The translations under genes were made by a program, and so were the position numbers. The notes under the pieces were generated by a model. That model was not told the origin of the DNA and did not search any database. It was given only the letters and a program-made list of their open reading frames with translations. Shown here in pieces: positions 36,386-44,670 of a stretch of DNA of 64,000 bases. The stretch covers positions 288,858 to 352,857 of the forward strand of contig JBBPII010000005.1 of assembly GCA_038040385.1 (NCBI GenBank). Direction: 5' to 3'. This DNA comes from Candidatus Gilichinskyi gelida. GTDB lineage: Bacteria; Acidobacteriota; Thermoanaerobaculia; Gp7-AA8. Position 1 is the first letter of the stretch; each line of letters begins with the position of its first letter.

Positions 36386-37387
36386 GAGTGCCAGCCGGTG
36401 GAACTCGCCCCGGATCTGCTGGATGGGCACCGGCGCGGCGCAAGGATGCACGCGGTTCGTCAGCAGGACCATGATGCGGTCGCGGTCGATCCATAGCGAT
36501 GTACCGGTGAAGCCGGTGTGGCCGAACGCGCGTGGGGAGAGCATCGACGTCGCCGCGCTGCCGGTCGGAAGCTGCCAACCGAAGCCGCGGGCGTCGTCGA
36601 GGCCCTCGGTATGGTTGCGCGTCGCCTCCGCGACTACGTCGGGCGGCAGCAGCTCGCCGTTCACCCAGGCCTGCGCGAGGCGGAACACCGCGCGCGCGGT
36701 GGCGAACAGGCCCGCGTTTCCCGCCGTGCCGCCGGCGTGAAAGGAGTTGCCGTCATGCGTCTCGCCCCAGATCAAGCCTTCGCGGGGCGGGAGGTCGGTG
36801 CGGTTCGCCAGCTTGGCCTCGAAGCGCTGCCCCCACTCCGTGGCCGCGATGCGCGGCCGCAGCGCCGGCGGGGGGTTGAACATCGCATCGCCGAGGCCGA
36901 GCGGCTCGAAGATCCGCTCGCGGGCTTTGGATACGTAGTCTTTGACCGCCGTCCAGAGAAGGATGAAGTTCAGATCGGAGTAGACCACGCGGGTGCCGCG
37001 CTCGTACTCTGGACCGTGCGCCAGCAGCGCCGCGATCGGATCGTCGTACGCGTAGAGCGGCATCCAGGCGCGCAGGCCGCTGGTGTGCGTCAGAAGCTCG
37101 CGAACGGTGTAGCCGTGAACCCGCTGATCGAGCTCGAGCTCCTGCAGCACCAACGCCGTGGTGATCAGCGGCTTGGTCAGCGACGCGCAGTCGTAGATGG
37201 TGTCGACCGCGGCCGGAATCCGCAGCGGCACCGCGACGGCGTGGCCGAGGACGCCTTCCTGCTCGATGCCGGAGAACGAGCCGATGGCGTAGCTGGCGCT
37301 GGGGAAGCTGCCGACGTCGATTTCGCGGCGCAGGAAGTCATCGATCACGTCAACTGCACTAGAACGATTGCGCCGCGGTCCTGTCAA
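36365..37387 (-). CDS. serine hydrolase (beta-lactamase / PBP4-like family)
   Basis: S-x-x-K active-site motif in ...DCASLTKPLITT...; class C beta-lactamase-fold esterase. Confidence 0.8.
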   Translation of the reverse strand: MTGPRRNRSSAVDVIDDFLRREIDVGSFPSASYAIGSFSGIEQEGVLGHAVAVPLRIPAAVDTIYDCASLTKPLITTALVLQELELDQRVHGYTVRELLTHTSGLRAWMPLYAYDDPIAALLAHGPEYERGTRVVYSDLNFILLWTAVKDYVSKARERIFEPLGLGDAMFNPPPALRPRIAATEWGQRFEAKLANRTDLPPREGLIWGETHDGNSFHAGGTAGNAGLFATARAVFRLAQAWVNGELLPPDVVAEATRNHTEGLDDARGFGWQLPTGSAATSMLSPRAFGHTGFTGTSLWIDRDRIMVLLTNRVHPCAAPVPIQQIRGEFHRLALPPSFRA

Positions 37388-37433
37388 CCCATTGCAGCAT
37401 CCGCAAATGACCCCTATGATCGATTTCGCCTAA

Positions 37434-40400
37434 ATGCTTCGAATCGAAAAGCTGGAAATCAACGGCTTCAAATCGTTCTACGATCCCGCACAACTCACCT
37501 TCCCCGCGGCCCTGACCGCTGTCGTCGGCCCCAACGGCTGCGGGAAGTCGAACATCTGCGACGCGCTGATCTGGGTTCTGGGAGAGAACCGCGCCTCGCA
37601 CATCCGCGGCGAGACGATGGACGACGTCATCTTCCAGGGCTCGGCACGCCGCCGCGCGCTGTCGATGGGCGAAGTCACCCTCACCCTCGCCGCCACGAAC
37701 GGGGACAGCAACAACCCCGCCGCCGACGACGGCCGCATCACCATCAACCGCCGCGTCTTCCGCACCGGCGAGTCGGAGTTCCGCCTCAATGGGAAGCGCG
37801 TCCGCCTCAAGGACATCTCCGACATCCTGATGGACACCGGCCTCGGTATCCGCAACTACTCGGTGATGGAGCAGGGGAAGATCGATCTGATCCTCTCCAA
37901 CAAGCCGCAGGACCGCCGAAAGCTGATCGAGGAAGCGGCCGGCATCACGAAGTACAAGACCAAGCGGCGGGGCGCGGAGCTGAAGCTCGAGGAGACGCAG
38001 CAGAATCTGCTGCGCATCGACGACACCCTCGGCGAAGTGACGCGCAACCTCAACTCGCTGAAGCGGCAGGCCGGCAAGGCGCGCCGCCACAAGGAACTGA
38101 TCGAGGAGCTGTCGACGGCGAAGCGCGCGCTGTACAAAGGGCGCATCGTCGCCGCCGAGGCGGAGCAGAGCGCGGCTGACGAAGGCGTCGCCGCGGCGCA
38201 CGGCGGCGAGAGCGAGCTGGCCGCGCAACTGGCGAACGACGAAGCGGGCCTCGCGGAGAACCGCACCGCGCTGGCCGGCGCTGCGTCGCGCGCATCGCAC
38301 GTGCGAGAGCAGATGGCGTCGCTCACCGGAGAGGTCGAGCGGCTCCGCTCGTTTCTGCAACAGTCGGAGCTCAACCTCGGCGATCTGACGCAGCGCATCG
38401 CCGTCGGCCGGTCGCAGGTCGGGTCGCTGGAAGCGGAAGCGACGGAACAACAGACGCTGCTCGAAGAAAAAACGCGCTCCCTCGACGCCGCGCGCGCCGA
38501 GCGCAATCGCCTCCGCGAGATCGCCGAGCAGCTCGAGCACGACCGGCAGGAGCGATCGGACAAAGTGCGGACGCACGAGAAGTCGCTCGCCGACGCGCGC
38601 GAGTCGCTGATGCGCACCATTGCCAGGATCTCCGAGGCGCGCAATCAGGTGCATCAGATCGAAGTCGCCGTGGAGAAGTGCGAGTTCTACCTCGGCAAGT
38701 TGAGCGAACAGGCGCGCAAGGCCTCGGAGAATCGCGACGACGCGCAGGCCACGGTGGTCGATTGGGACCAGCGCGTGCGCGACGCCGAAGAGTTCCTGGC
38801 CCACGCGCAGCGCACCGCGCGCGAGGCCATCGCGCACCGCGACGACCTCACCGCCCGACGTGACGGTCTGCGCGAGACGCTGGCCGGCGCACGAGACCGG
38901 GTGTCGCAGACGACGTACAAGATCGACTCGCTGCGCACGCTGCTGACGTCGCTCGAGTCGCAGGACGAGGATGTCCGCCGCGCCACGCTGGAGCTGATCC
39001 CCAACGCCACGCCGGCGGCCGAATCGGTGCGCGCCACCGAGGGCTTCGAGGCAGCGCTCGACACGCTGCTGCGCGACGTGTCGAAGGCCATCGTGGTCGA
39101 CGACGCGCAAACCGCGGCGACCGCCATCGCGCGGCTGCGCGAGCGCGGCGCGGGTCGCGGGGCGTTCCTCGCGCTCGACTACGAACCAGCCCCTCACCCC
39201 CAGCCCCTCTCCCCGCGCGGCGGGGAGAGGGTGGCCGAAGGCCGGGTGAGGGGCTCCCGTCGCGGCAACGCCGCGTTTGCCGTCGCCGGCGACGGCGACG
39301 TCGCGGACGCCGTTCGCGCGGCCATGCCCGAGGCCTACATTGTCGGTACCCTCGGCGAGGCGATCGACCGGGCCAAGGAACGCCCGCACGCCACGTTCGT
39401 CACCCTCGACGGCGACATCGTCCGCGGTCCGCTGCTCATCGGCGGCAAGACCGAAGGCGCCACGCCGGGCGTCTTCTCCCTCAAGCGCCAGCTCACCGAT
39501 CTCGAGTCGCTTCACGGATTCGAGGAGACGCGCGCCGGCGGCATCGCGGTCGATTTGAACGCCCTCGAAGAGGAGCTGCGCGTCGCCGACGACGACCGCA
39601 TGCTGGCCGACGAGCGCGCGCGCTCCGCGGAGCAGGAGCTTCGCGAGCGGCGCAGCCAGCGCGAGCGCGCCGCGGTGGAGCTCGACCGCTTCCAGCGCGA
39701 CCTCGCCGTCGCCTCCGAGGAGCAGACGCTGTACGCCGAGGAAAAGGATCAGCTCCTGGCGCGCAAGCACGCGGCGATCGAAGAGTTGCGGCGCCTCGAG
39801 GAATCGGAGCGCAAATGCCAGGAGGAGATCCGCGCGAACGAGGAGCAGCTCGCCGCGCTGCGCGCCACGTTCGAAGAGGTGACGGAGATCGCGTCGAAGT
39901 CGCGCGTCGACGTCGAGACCGCCGCCGGCAACGTCAACGCCATCCAGCGGGAGCAGGAGAACGTCTCGCGCGTGGTCGTCTCGCTCGCGACGCGCGTGAC
40001 GCAACTGCAGCACGAGATCGATTCACTTCTCCACAAACAACACGAGACCGAGAGCGCCGTGGAGAACGCGCGCGGCGGACTCGATCGGTCGCTCCGCAAC
40101 CTGCACGAGCTGAGCGAGGTTCGCATAGCCGCCGAGGCCGAAGCGGCGGATCTCGAGACCCGCGTGCAGGAGATGGAAACCCGCGCGGTAACCTCGCGCG
40201 AGATCTGGAACACCGCGAAGGACGCGTTGTTCGAGGCCGAGCGGCGGCGCGATCGCGCGCGCGCGGCCTTCGAGCTGCTGCGCGAACAGATCTCGATGGA
40301 CTTGCACGCCGGTATCGACGCGCTCGCGGAGATCGAGCCCCCCTCGGACCAGGAAGCGCGCACCTCGCTGGAGGCGGAGGTCGCCCGGCTCACCGACCAC

Positions 40401-41015
40401 ATCGAGAAGATTGGGCCGGTGAACGTGCTGGCCATCGAAGAGCATCAGGAGCTCGAGCAGCGCGAGTCGTTCCTCCGCACGCAGCGCGACGATCTGGTGC
40501 AGGCCATCGAGTCGCTGCGCGGCACGATCCGCAAGATCAACCTCACCTCGCGCGAGCTGTTCCGCGAGGCGTTCAACGCCGTCAACATCTACTTCGGCGA
40601 GATCTTCACCTCGCTGTTCGGCGGCGGCACGGCGAAGATGCAACTGCTCGACGAAGAGGACGTGCTCGAGAGCGGCATCGAGCTGGCGGCGCAGCCGCCG
40701 GGGAAGAGGAATCAGTCCATCGCGCTGCTCTCGGGCGGCGAGCGCGCCCTCACCGCGCTGGCGCTGCTCTTCGCTATTTTCCGCTACAAACCGTCGCCGT
40801 TCTGCATCCTCGACGAGGTCGACGCGCCGCTCGACGAAGTGAACAACGAGCGCTTCGTCCGCCTGGTGCGCGACATGTCGCGCGACACGCAGTTCATCGT
40901 GATCACGCACTCCCGCCGCACCATGGAAGCGGCGGACATTCTCTACGGCGTGACGATGGAAGAGGCGGGATGTTCGCGGTTGGTGTCGGTCAACTTCGCG
41001 GAAGTGGAGGGGTAG
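37434..41015 (+). CDS. smc: chromosome segregation protein SMC
   Basis: 1193 aa; Walker A GPNGCGKSN; long coiled-coils; hinge; signature LSGGERALTALALLFAI; Walker B FCILDEVDAPLD. Confidence 0.92.
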   Translation: MLRIEKLEINGFKSFYDPAQLTFPAALTAVVGPNGCGKSNICDALIWVLGENRASHIRGETMDDVIFQGSARRRALSMGEVTLTLAATNGDSNNPAADDGRITINRRVFRTGESEFRLNGKRVRLKDISDILMDTGLGIRNYSVMEQGKIDLILSNKPQDRRKLIEEAAGITKYKTKRRGAELKLEETQQNLLRIDDTLGEVTRNLNSLKRQAGKARRHKELIEELSTAKRALYKGRIVAAEAEQSAADEGVAAAHGGESELAAQLANDEAGLAENRTALAGAASRASHVREQMASLTGEVERLRSFLQQSELNLGDLTQRIAVGRSQVGSLEAEATEQQTLLEEKTRSLDAARAERNRLREIAEQLEHDRQERSDKVRTHEKSLADARESLMRTIARISEARNQVHQIEVAVEKCEFYLGKLSEQARKASENRDDAQATVVDWDQRVRDAEEFLAHAQRTAREAIAHRDDLTARRDGLRETLAGARDRVSQTTYKIDSLRTLLTSLESQDEDVRRATLELIPNATPAAESVRATEGFEAALDTLLRDVSKAIVVDDAQTAATAIARLRERGAGRGAFLALDYEPAPHPQPLSPRGGERVAEGRVRGSRRGNAAFAVAGDGDVADAVRAAMPEAYIVGTLGEAIDRAKERPHATFVTLDGDIVRGPLLIGGKTEGATPGVFSLKRQLTDLESLHGFEETRAGGIAVDLNALEEELRVADDDRMLADERARSAEQELRERRSQRERAAVELDRFQRDLAVASEEQTLYAEEKDQLLARKHAAIEELRRLEESERKCQEEIRANEEQLAALRATFEEVTEIASKSRVDVETAAGNVNAIQREQENVSRVVVSLATRVTQLQHEIDSLLHKQHETESAVENARGGLDRSLRNLHELSEVRIAAEAEAADLETRVQEMETRAVTSREIWNTAKDALFEAERRRDRARAAFELLREQISMDLHAGIDALAEIEPPSDQEARTSLEAEVARLTDHIEKIGPVNVLAIEEHQELEQRESFLRTQRDDLVQAIESLRGTIRKINLTSRELFREAFNAVNIYFGEIFTSLFGGGTAKMQLLDEEDVLESGIELAAQPPGKRNQSIALLSGGERALTALALLFAIFRYKPSPFCILDEVDAPLDEVNNERFVRLVRDMSRDTQFIVITHSRRTMEAADILYGVTMEEAGCSRLVSVNFAEVEG
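39190..39254. repeat. repeat family C, short copy C3, in frame inside the smc hinge region
   Basis: CCCCTCACCCCCAGCCCCTCTCCCCGCGCGGCGGGGAGAGGGTGGCCGAAGGCCGGGTGAGGGG, encoding ...PAPHPQPLSPRGGERVAEGRVRG... Confidence 0.6.
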
Positions 41016-41110
41016 GGGGCGCGCAGCAGCGCGCCCGGCTTTGCCGGAGTACCGGGCGCACTGCTGTGCGCCCCTACCGAATCACGGGCACCACCAGCAT
41101 CTCCCCGTCC
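40867..41110. repeat. direct repeat copy 1 (smc 3' end plus downstream), about 85% identical to 43387..43620
   Basis: The 141-nt smc 3' end coding [46 protein letters not shown] recurs at 43390..43539 with 8 differences, all synonymous. The downstream CCCCTACCGAATCA... also recurs. Confidence 0.8.
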
Positions 41111-41117
41111 GGCCGCG

Positions 41118-42443
41118 TTACCAGTCGCTCCCCTTCACGGCTCGTGGCGGTGAAATCAATCGGGAGAGCGAGGTGACAACGGGCTGGGTGCCCACTTCGC
41201 CGCTCGCGTTGACACCCGTCGACAGAAAAACGTCATAGATCTTGGCATTGTGATACTTGCCTTTGCGATCGCGCACCATGGCCTTGGCGCGGAACCGGAA
41301 CGTGTTGCCGTTCTCGTCGGTGTAGTTCAAGCGGACGTAGTGGAAATCGATCGACCTGACACCGGCCACCGACAGAGCGATCAACTCGCTCGGCTGTGAA
41401 ATGCCGTCGTGATCCGAGTCGAGCCAAAGAAGCAGCGTTCCCCAAAGCCGGTCGCGATCATCCAACTGCCCGTCGCCATTGCCGCCCAGCGCCGCGGTGT
41501 CGAATTCTCCAAGGGCGACGAAGCCATTCGGAGCCTTGTGCCCATTCGCGAGCGGTGTCGCATTGCCAAACAGCTCGCGGCCGTCGCCGATACGCCCGTC
41601 GCCATTGCGATCGCGGCAGAGGAAGGCATCGCCGCCGGCTGCGCTGGTCCAGCCGATACGCTCCGCCCGACGATCGGCGTTCAGATCGAACGAGACACCA
41701 TTCTCCGCATTCGTCAGAGTGAAGCCATCGTCGTCCAGATCGATGATGATCGGCGATTCACCAGGCGGGCAGTAATAGCTGTTCCCCGTGTACTCGCATT
41801 GCCTGAGGCACGACGAGTTGCACGTCTGGAGGTCGGCCTGCTGCTGATCGACCTGTTCCTCGATAGGCGTATACCACTGCTCGTCTATATGGTTGCAGTC
41901 CTCGATGTCGAGCCCGCTATAGCCTGTGGCATAGGCATGATTCCCCATCACATGGCCAAAACACGCACCGCCGACTTCTCCGTTGGATGGATGGCCGAGG
42001 CCGAGAACGTGACCGAACTCGTGCTCCAGTGAATTCACCCACTCTTGCGAGCATGCACGGCCAAGAATATCGCTCTCGTAAACGGTGATCGTGCCGCCGG
42101 TGGTCTGTCCCGATTGATTATCCTGGTAAGCCGCGCAGCCGCCGGTCAGCGTCTGCGATACACCGCTCACGTAATTGACGGTGACCTGGAGGCATCCAGA
42201 GCCGGAACACGTTCCGGAGCCGATGGAGGGATAGTCATAGCTGCTGCCGCCGCCGCAGCCCGAATTCCAATAGCCGGCGGCGGCGGAGATGGCGGTGTCG
42301 TCAGGAAAGTTGGACGTCGTTACCCTGACTTGCGTGATGTAAAACGTAGTATCGCGGTAGCCGAGCAGCGTCGAGCATGCGGACGCCGGCACCGCCGCGA
42401 GCAGAAGGAGAGAGCCGAGGACGAGAAGATAAGGCGTTCTCAT
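41118..42443 (-). CDS. secreted zinc metalloprotease (metzincin HExxHxxGxxH) with C-terminal Ca-binding EF-hand/dockerin-like repeats
   Basis: Signal peptide; HEFGHVLGLGH; three D-x-[DN]-G-D-G-x-[IL] style loops (DRNGDGRIGDGRE, GGNGDGQLDDRD, DSDHDGISQPSE). Confidence 0.65.
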   Translation of the reverse strand: MRTPYLLVLGSLLLLAAVPASACSTLLGYRDTTFYITQVRVTTSNFPDDTAISAAAGYWNSGCGGGSSYDYPSIGSGTCSGSGCLQVTVNYVSGVSQTLTGGCAAYQDNQSGQTTGGTITVYESDILGRACSQEWVNSLEHEFGHVLGLGHPSNGEVGGACFGHVMGNHAYATGYSGLDIEDCNHIDEQWYTPIEEQVDQQQADLQTCNSSCLRQCEYTGNSYYCPPGESPIIIDLDDDGFTLTNAENGVSFDLNADRRAERIGWTSAAGGDAFLCRDRNGDGRIGDGRELFGNATPLANGHKAPNGFVALGEFDTAALGGNGDGQLDDRDRLWGTLLLWLDSDHDGISQPSELIALSVAGVRSIDFHYVRLNYTDENGNTFRFRAKAMVRDRKGKYHNAKIYDVFLSTGVNASGEVGTQPVVTSLSRLISPPRAVKGSDW

Positions 42444-42456
42444 GGTTGGCCACCCG

Positions 42457-43389
42457 TCACCGTGTCACGCGATCGGGCCGAGCGAGCATCTCGCGTACCT
42501 GTGGCAAGCTGGCGCCCTGCATTCCCCACGCGCGCAGACGAGGAACGACGACGAGGGCACCGCCATGCCAGACGAAGAGGTGCTCGGCAGGAAGGCGGAA
42601 GAGCGTTCCGTCAGGATTCGCAGGCAACCCGGCGACGAAGAGAACCGTATCGCCATTCGCCGGCACCTCGCTGTAACGAGGATCCGAGGTGCAGAGCGCG
42701 ACTCCCTCCACCGTCAGAGTCCCCTTGGGAATGAGGAGATAAGCGGTATCGCCACCGCGTGATTTGCTCGTACGCGTGACGCGTATCTGTACGACCGTGA
42801 ATGGCGTCCCGGCATAAAGTCCGACGTCGGAACCGACCACCGTGCCCTCCACGAGCGGCTGTGTGGACGCGTAGCGGCGCACATCGTCCAGGGTCGCGGC
42901 GGATGGCATCGGCGCGTCGTCCAAAAGCGCGCCAAAGGTGACATCGCATTTGCCGCTCGAGACCGTGGCACCGGCCGCCGAGCTTCGGCGCCCCTCCATT
43001 TGACGGAGATGATTTCGCAGCTGCGCAGCCTCGTGCTCCGCGAGCGCGCCCGAACGAAGAGTCTCGTGGTCGAGCGCCGCGCGTGCCGAAATCCACAATG
43101 GAGCGGTGCGGTAGGGGTTCGTGCTCCAGAACTTGTCGGGAATCTCTGCGCCACCTTGTGCGGCGGTCGTGGTCAACATCAGTGCGAGCGCGGTAAGGAT
43201 TATGTGGGTCACTCGAAACCTCCTGCAGTTTGGGTAGTCATTCCGTTTCTCCGCAATAACACGGAGCGGGGATTCTTGCTTCCGCGCGCGAATGGTGTCA
43301 AACGCGACAGCGCGGAGCGTCTCACCGGCAGGCGAGCATGAGCAGCGATCGGGTTGGGGCCGCGGGTAGTCCCCCCTTGGCACTGGCAA
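42457..43389 (-). CDS. hypothetical secreted protein
   Basis: Probable GTG start at 43212 giving signal peptide [20 protein letters not shown]; no recognisable domain. Confidence 0.35.
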   Translation of the reverse strand: MPVPRGDYPRPQPDRCSCSPAGETLRAVAFDTIRARKQESPLRVIAEKRNDYPNCRRFRVTHIILTALALMLTTTAAQGGAEIPDKFWSTNPYRTAPLWISARAALDHETLRSGALAEHEAAQLRNHLRQMEGRRSSAAGATVSSGKCDVTFGALLDDAPMPSAATLDDVRRYASTQPLVEGTVVGSDVGLYAGTPFTVVQIRVTRTSKSRGGDTAYLLIPKGTLTVEGVALCTSDPRYSEVPANGDTVLFVAGLPANPDGTLFRLPAEHLFVWHGGALVVVPRLRAWGMQGASLPQVREMLARPDRVTR

Positions 43390-43539
43390 CTACCGAACAT
43401 GTCGCGCGACACGCAGTTCATCGTCATCACCCACTCCCGCCGCACGATGGAGGCGGCGGACATCCTCTACGGCGTGACGATGGAAGAGGCGGGGTGTTCG
43501 CGGCTGGTGTCGGTGAACTTCGCGGAAGTGGAGGGGTAG
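43390..43539 (+). pseudogene. displaced duplicate of the smc 3' end (last 46 codons)
   Basis: Has no upstream smc context (preceded by ...GGCAACTACCGAAC); same frame and stop as the smc end; synonymous-only divergence. Confidence 0.7.
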
Positions 43540-43551
43540 GGCGCGCAGCCC

Positions 43552-43782
43552 CTACCGAATCATCGGCACGATCACCATCTCGCCATCCGCGTTCGTCACC
43601 AGCCGCATGATCGACGTATCGCTGGTGTCGGTCAGCTTGCCGTCGCCGCCGCAGTGGCGGCATTGGCCGGTGGCGGGGGCGGCGGCGCCGATGGGGACGA
43701 AGTGGAAGCGCTCGTTGCGGCAGCGCTCGCAAAGCTCGCGCACCACGTCGTAATGAAATAACGAAAGACGGCTGTGGCTCAT
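43552..43782 (-). CDS. small zinc-ribbon protein
   Basis: 76 aa, CERCRNER...CRHCGGDG. Its C-terminal coding sequence (LVTNADGEMVIVPMIR*) lies in repeat copy 2. A decayed out-of-frame copy (LVTRPDGEMLVVPVIR*) is in repeat copy 1. Confidence 0.4.
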   Translation of the reverse strand: MSHSRLSLFHYDVVRELCERCRNERFHFVPIGAAAPATGQCRHCGGDGKLTDTSDTSIMRLVTNADGEMVIVPMIR

Positions 43783-43794
43783 GGCGCGCGGATT

Positions 43795-44670
43795 CTAGGC
43801 GGCGGGCGGGGCGTCGCTTGTGAGCTGGCTCACGCCGCGGGTCACGATCCAGGCAACGAGCAGTCCTGCGGCAGCGGACGCCAGGACGTCGGACGGCCAG
43901 TGCCGGAAGGCGAGGATGCGCGAGAGGCCGACGACGGCGGCGAGCAGGAAGGCGATGGCGCGCATCGCGCGCGACGGCGACGCGAACATCAGCACGCCGG
44001 CCAGCGCGAACGCGCCGACGGTGTGCCCGCTGGGGAACGAGCTCGCTGCTGCACGTGCGTGGTGAAACGGCCCGAGCCACAGCTCGGGACGGCTGCGGCC
44101 GACGATCAGCTTCACGAGCTGGCCGAGGAGACCCGCCGCCAGGCCGGCGACGGTCATCGCCACGGCGTACCCGATCCAACGGCGATGGCGGAACGCCACG
44201 CCGGCGAGAACGAAGAAGCCCACCACCATCGCCGGGTTCATCCCGCCGCCGAAGCGGTTGGCGATGCGGATGAAGTCTTCGACGGCGTCGGACTGCACGC
44301 GCTCGGCCCAGGCGATCACCGGCCCATCGGCGAAGAGCCAGACCAGCGCCACGGCGACGGCCGCGGCGCCGAGCGCGATCGCGTCGGCCGCGCGCAGGCG
44401 TATGCGCAGCGCGCGCAGGACGCGCCATGGCTCGCGGTAGTCGGCCGAGAGATCGATCAGCGACAGTGCGAACAAGCCGGCGATGAACCAGAAGGCGACG
44501 TCCCACGCCGCCGCCTCGCGGCCGAGGAACGAGAGCTCGTCGACGCCGATGGCCGCGTTGCAGCAGAGGCGGTTGACGGAGACGAACGGCGACGGCCAGA
44601 ACACCGACAGCGCCAGCAGGGCGATGAATCCCGCGGCGGCCAGCCGGCGCTTAGCGTCGATAGACATCAA
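43795..44670 (-). CDS. PAP2 family phosphatase
   Basis: KLIVGRSRPE, PSGHT, SRILAFRHWPSDV (PAP2 motifs 1-3); 6 TM. Confidence 0.8.
   Translation of the reverse strand: MMSIDAKRRLAAAGFIALLALSVFWPSPFVSVNRLCCNAAIGVDELSFLGREAAAWDVAFWFIAGLFALSLIDLSADYREPWRVLRALRIRLRAADAIALGAAAVAVALVWLFADGPVIAWAERVQSDAVEDFIRIANRFGGGMNPAMVVGFFVLAGVAFRHRRWIGYAVAMTVAGLAAGLLGQLVKLIVGRSRPELWLGPFHHARAAASSFPSGHTVGAFALAGVLMFASPSRAMRAIAFLLAAVVGLSRILAFRHWPSDVLASAAAGLLVAWIVTRGVSQLTSDAPPAA

Larger units (their letters stand above)
41016..43389. mobile_element. about 2.4-kb inserted island (no integrase visible) between the duplicated smc 3' junctions
   Basis: Bounded by the 40867..41110 / 43387..43620 direct repeats; GC visibly lower than flanks; carries two secreted-protein genes. 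Confidence 0.55.

Noticed and set aside
37359-40013. 884-aa antisense ORF inside smc (and the other nested ORFs there)
   Set aside because: smc has unambiguous Walker A/B and signature motifs; antisense translations are low-complexity
43354-43539. 61-aa plus-strand ORF called in the six-frame track
   Set aside because: It is the displaced duplicate of the smc 3' end (identical peptide) lacking its own upstream context, not an independent gene
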